Assembly: GCA_013239625.1 (NCBI GenBank)
Contig: MU054323.1
Location: forward strand, 2,654,161 to 2,718,160
DNA: 64,000 nucleotides
Reading direction: 5' to 3'
From: Lama guanicoe
Lineage: Eukaryota
Positions 63,050-64,000 of the stretch are shown piece after piece. Under the pieces are notes generated by a model. It saw nothing but the letters and a program-made list of their open reading frames with translations, was not told the origin of the DNA and did not search any database. Both the position numbers and the translations under genes were made by a program. How positions within the stretch are numbered: the first letter of the stretch is position 1; the number at the start of each line of letters is the position of its first letter.

Positions 63050-63830
63050 ATTTGCTTAATTTCACTGAAAATGAAAGTTGCTTTTTAAAATCACTGTAAG
63101 ATATACTTTGCACTCAGCATACTGGCAAAAGGTTTACAATCTGACAATGCCAAGTGTTTGTGAAGAGGGAGAGAAATGGAAATTCTCTGTTTTACCAGTC
63201 AGTAAATCGGTTACCAAAAAATACAGAAAGCAACTGAGCATTAAGTTGAACATACATAACTATGACCATCCCATTCTTAGGTATATACCCTAAAGAAATT
63301 TTAGCAGATGTGTCCCCGGAGAAAAGTCTAATCACGTGCATAAAAGAATTGCTTGTAACATCAAAAAGCTGCCACAACCCAAGTGTCCATTGAGAAGAGA
63401 ATGACTAAATAGAGATGAAGTCATATGATAGCATTCTATTTAGCACTGAAGATAAATGAAATATACCTGCATGGTTAAATTTCATAAATACAGTTAAAAG
63501 CATAAAAAGCAACTCAAAGAAAACTACAGTATTTCTCAATTTAATAAAGTACAAAACAAGCAACACTAATCATTATACTGTTCAGGAATGGAATGTGTGT
63601 GTGTATATGGTACATGTAGAGAAAAACAAAGGCAACATAAAATCAAAATCCAAGCCAATGGTTAGCTCTGGAGGCTTAGTGAGGATATGAGCTGCAGAGG
63701 GGAGGAATTCATGTAAGACTTCAAAAGCATGGACAATGCTCTCTTTCTTAATCTAGTTGAAAGGCATCCAGGCATTTGTTTTATTAGCCTATAAACTAAA
63801 TATATGCCCTTGGGTATATTTAGCTGTCAT
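63050..63830 (+). mobile_element. Old L1 (L1ME-like) 3' region
   Basis: CTGACAATGCCAAGTGTT, CTATGACC..CCCATTCTTAGGTATATACCCTAAAGAAAT, CAACCCAAGTGTCCAT. Confidence 0.75.
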
Positions 63831-64000
63831 CATTAAAAATAAAATTAAACTTGAAACTTTAAGACAGTCAACATAAACTGGTAGTCAAAAGGTTAAAAAC
63901 AATTTTTCCAGGTAACTACAAACAAATAGCCAAACCTGGACTTGAACCCAGATGATCCAGTTTCAGTAACCCGAGTGTATACTATGTTATTCAGCCTATC

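Overview
Mammalian non-coding DNA (intronic or intergenic). I recognise no host protein-coding exon, rRNA, tRNA or CRISPR array. The young L1 3' UTRs look cetartiodactyl, possibly camelid, and I saw no Alu, B1, Bov-tA or PRE SINEs; this is inference from memory, not a database result. Main feature: a young U6 snRNA/LINE-1 chimeric retro-insertion (17686-22777). A full 107-nt U6 is joined directly to an L1 that starts inside ORF1 and keeps an uninterrupted 1265-aa ORF2. It ends in a double A-tail with a 22-nt insert that looks like a 3' transduction, and one perfect target-site duplication at a TT/AAAA site encloses the whole unit. About 4.2 kb upstream, in the same orientation, a related L1 (10409-13459) has its 5' UTR, ORF1 and 3' end but lacks about 3.7 kb covering nearly all of ORF2 (half-L1/HAL1-like). 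The rest is old repeats (L1M, L2, MIR, MaLR/ERVL LTRs, a Tigger1 derivative, MER5), a 69-bp tandem duplication, microsatellites, a 100-N gap and two motif-dense candidate enhancers at 43-44.4 kb. Old-repeat names and boundaries are by-eye and approximate. I found no evidence of a wholly new biological system; the best leads are unusual instances of known L1 biology.
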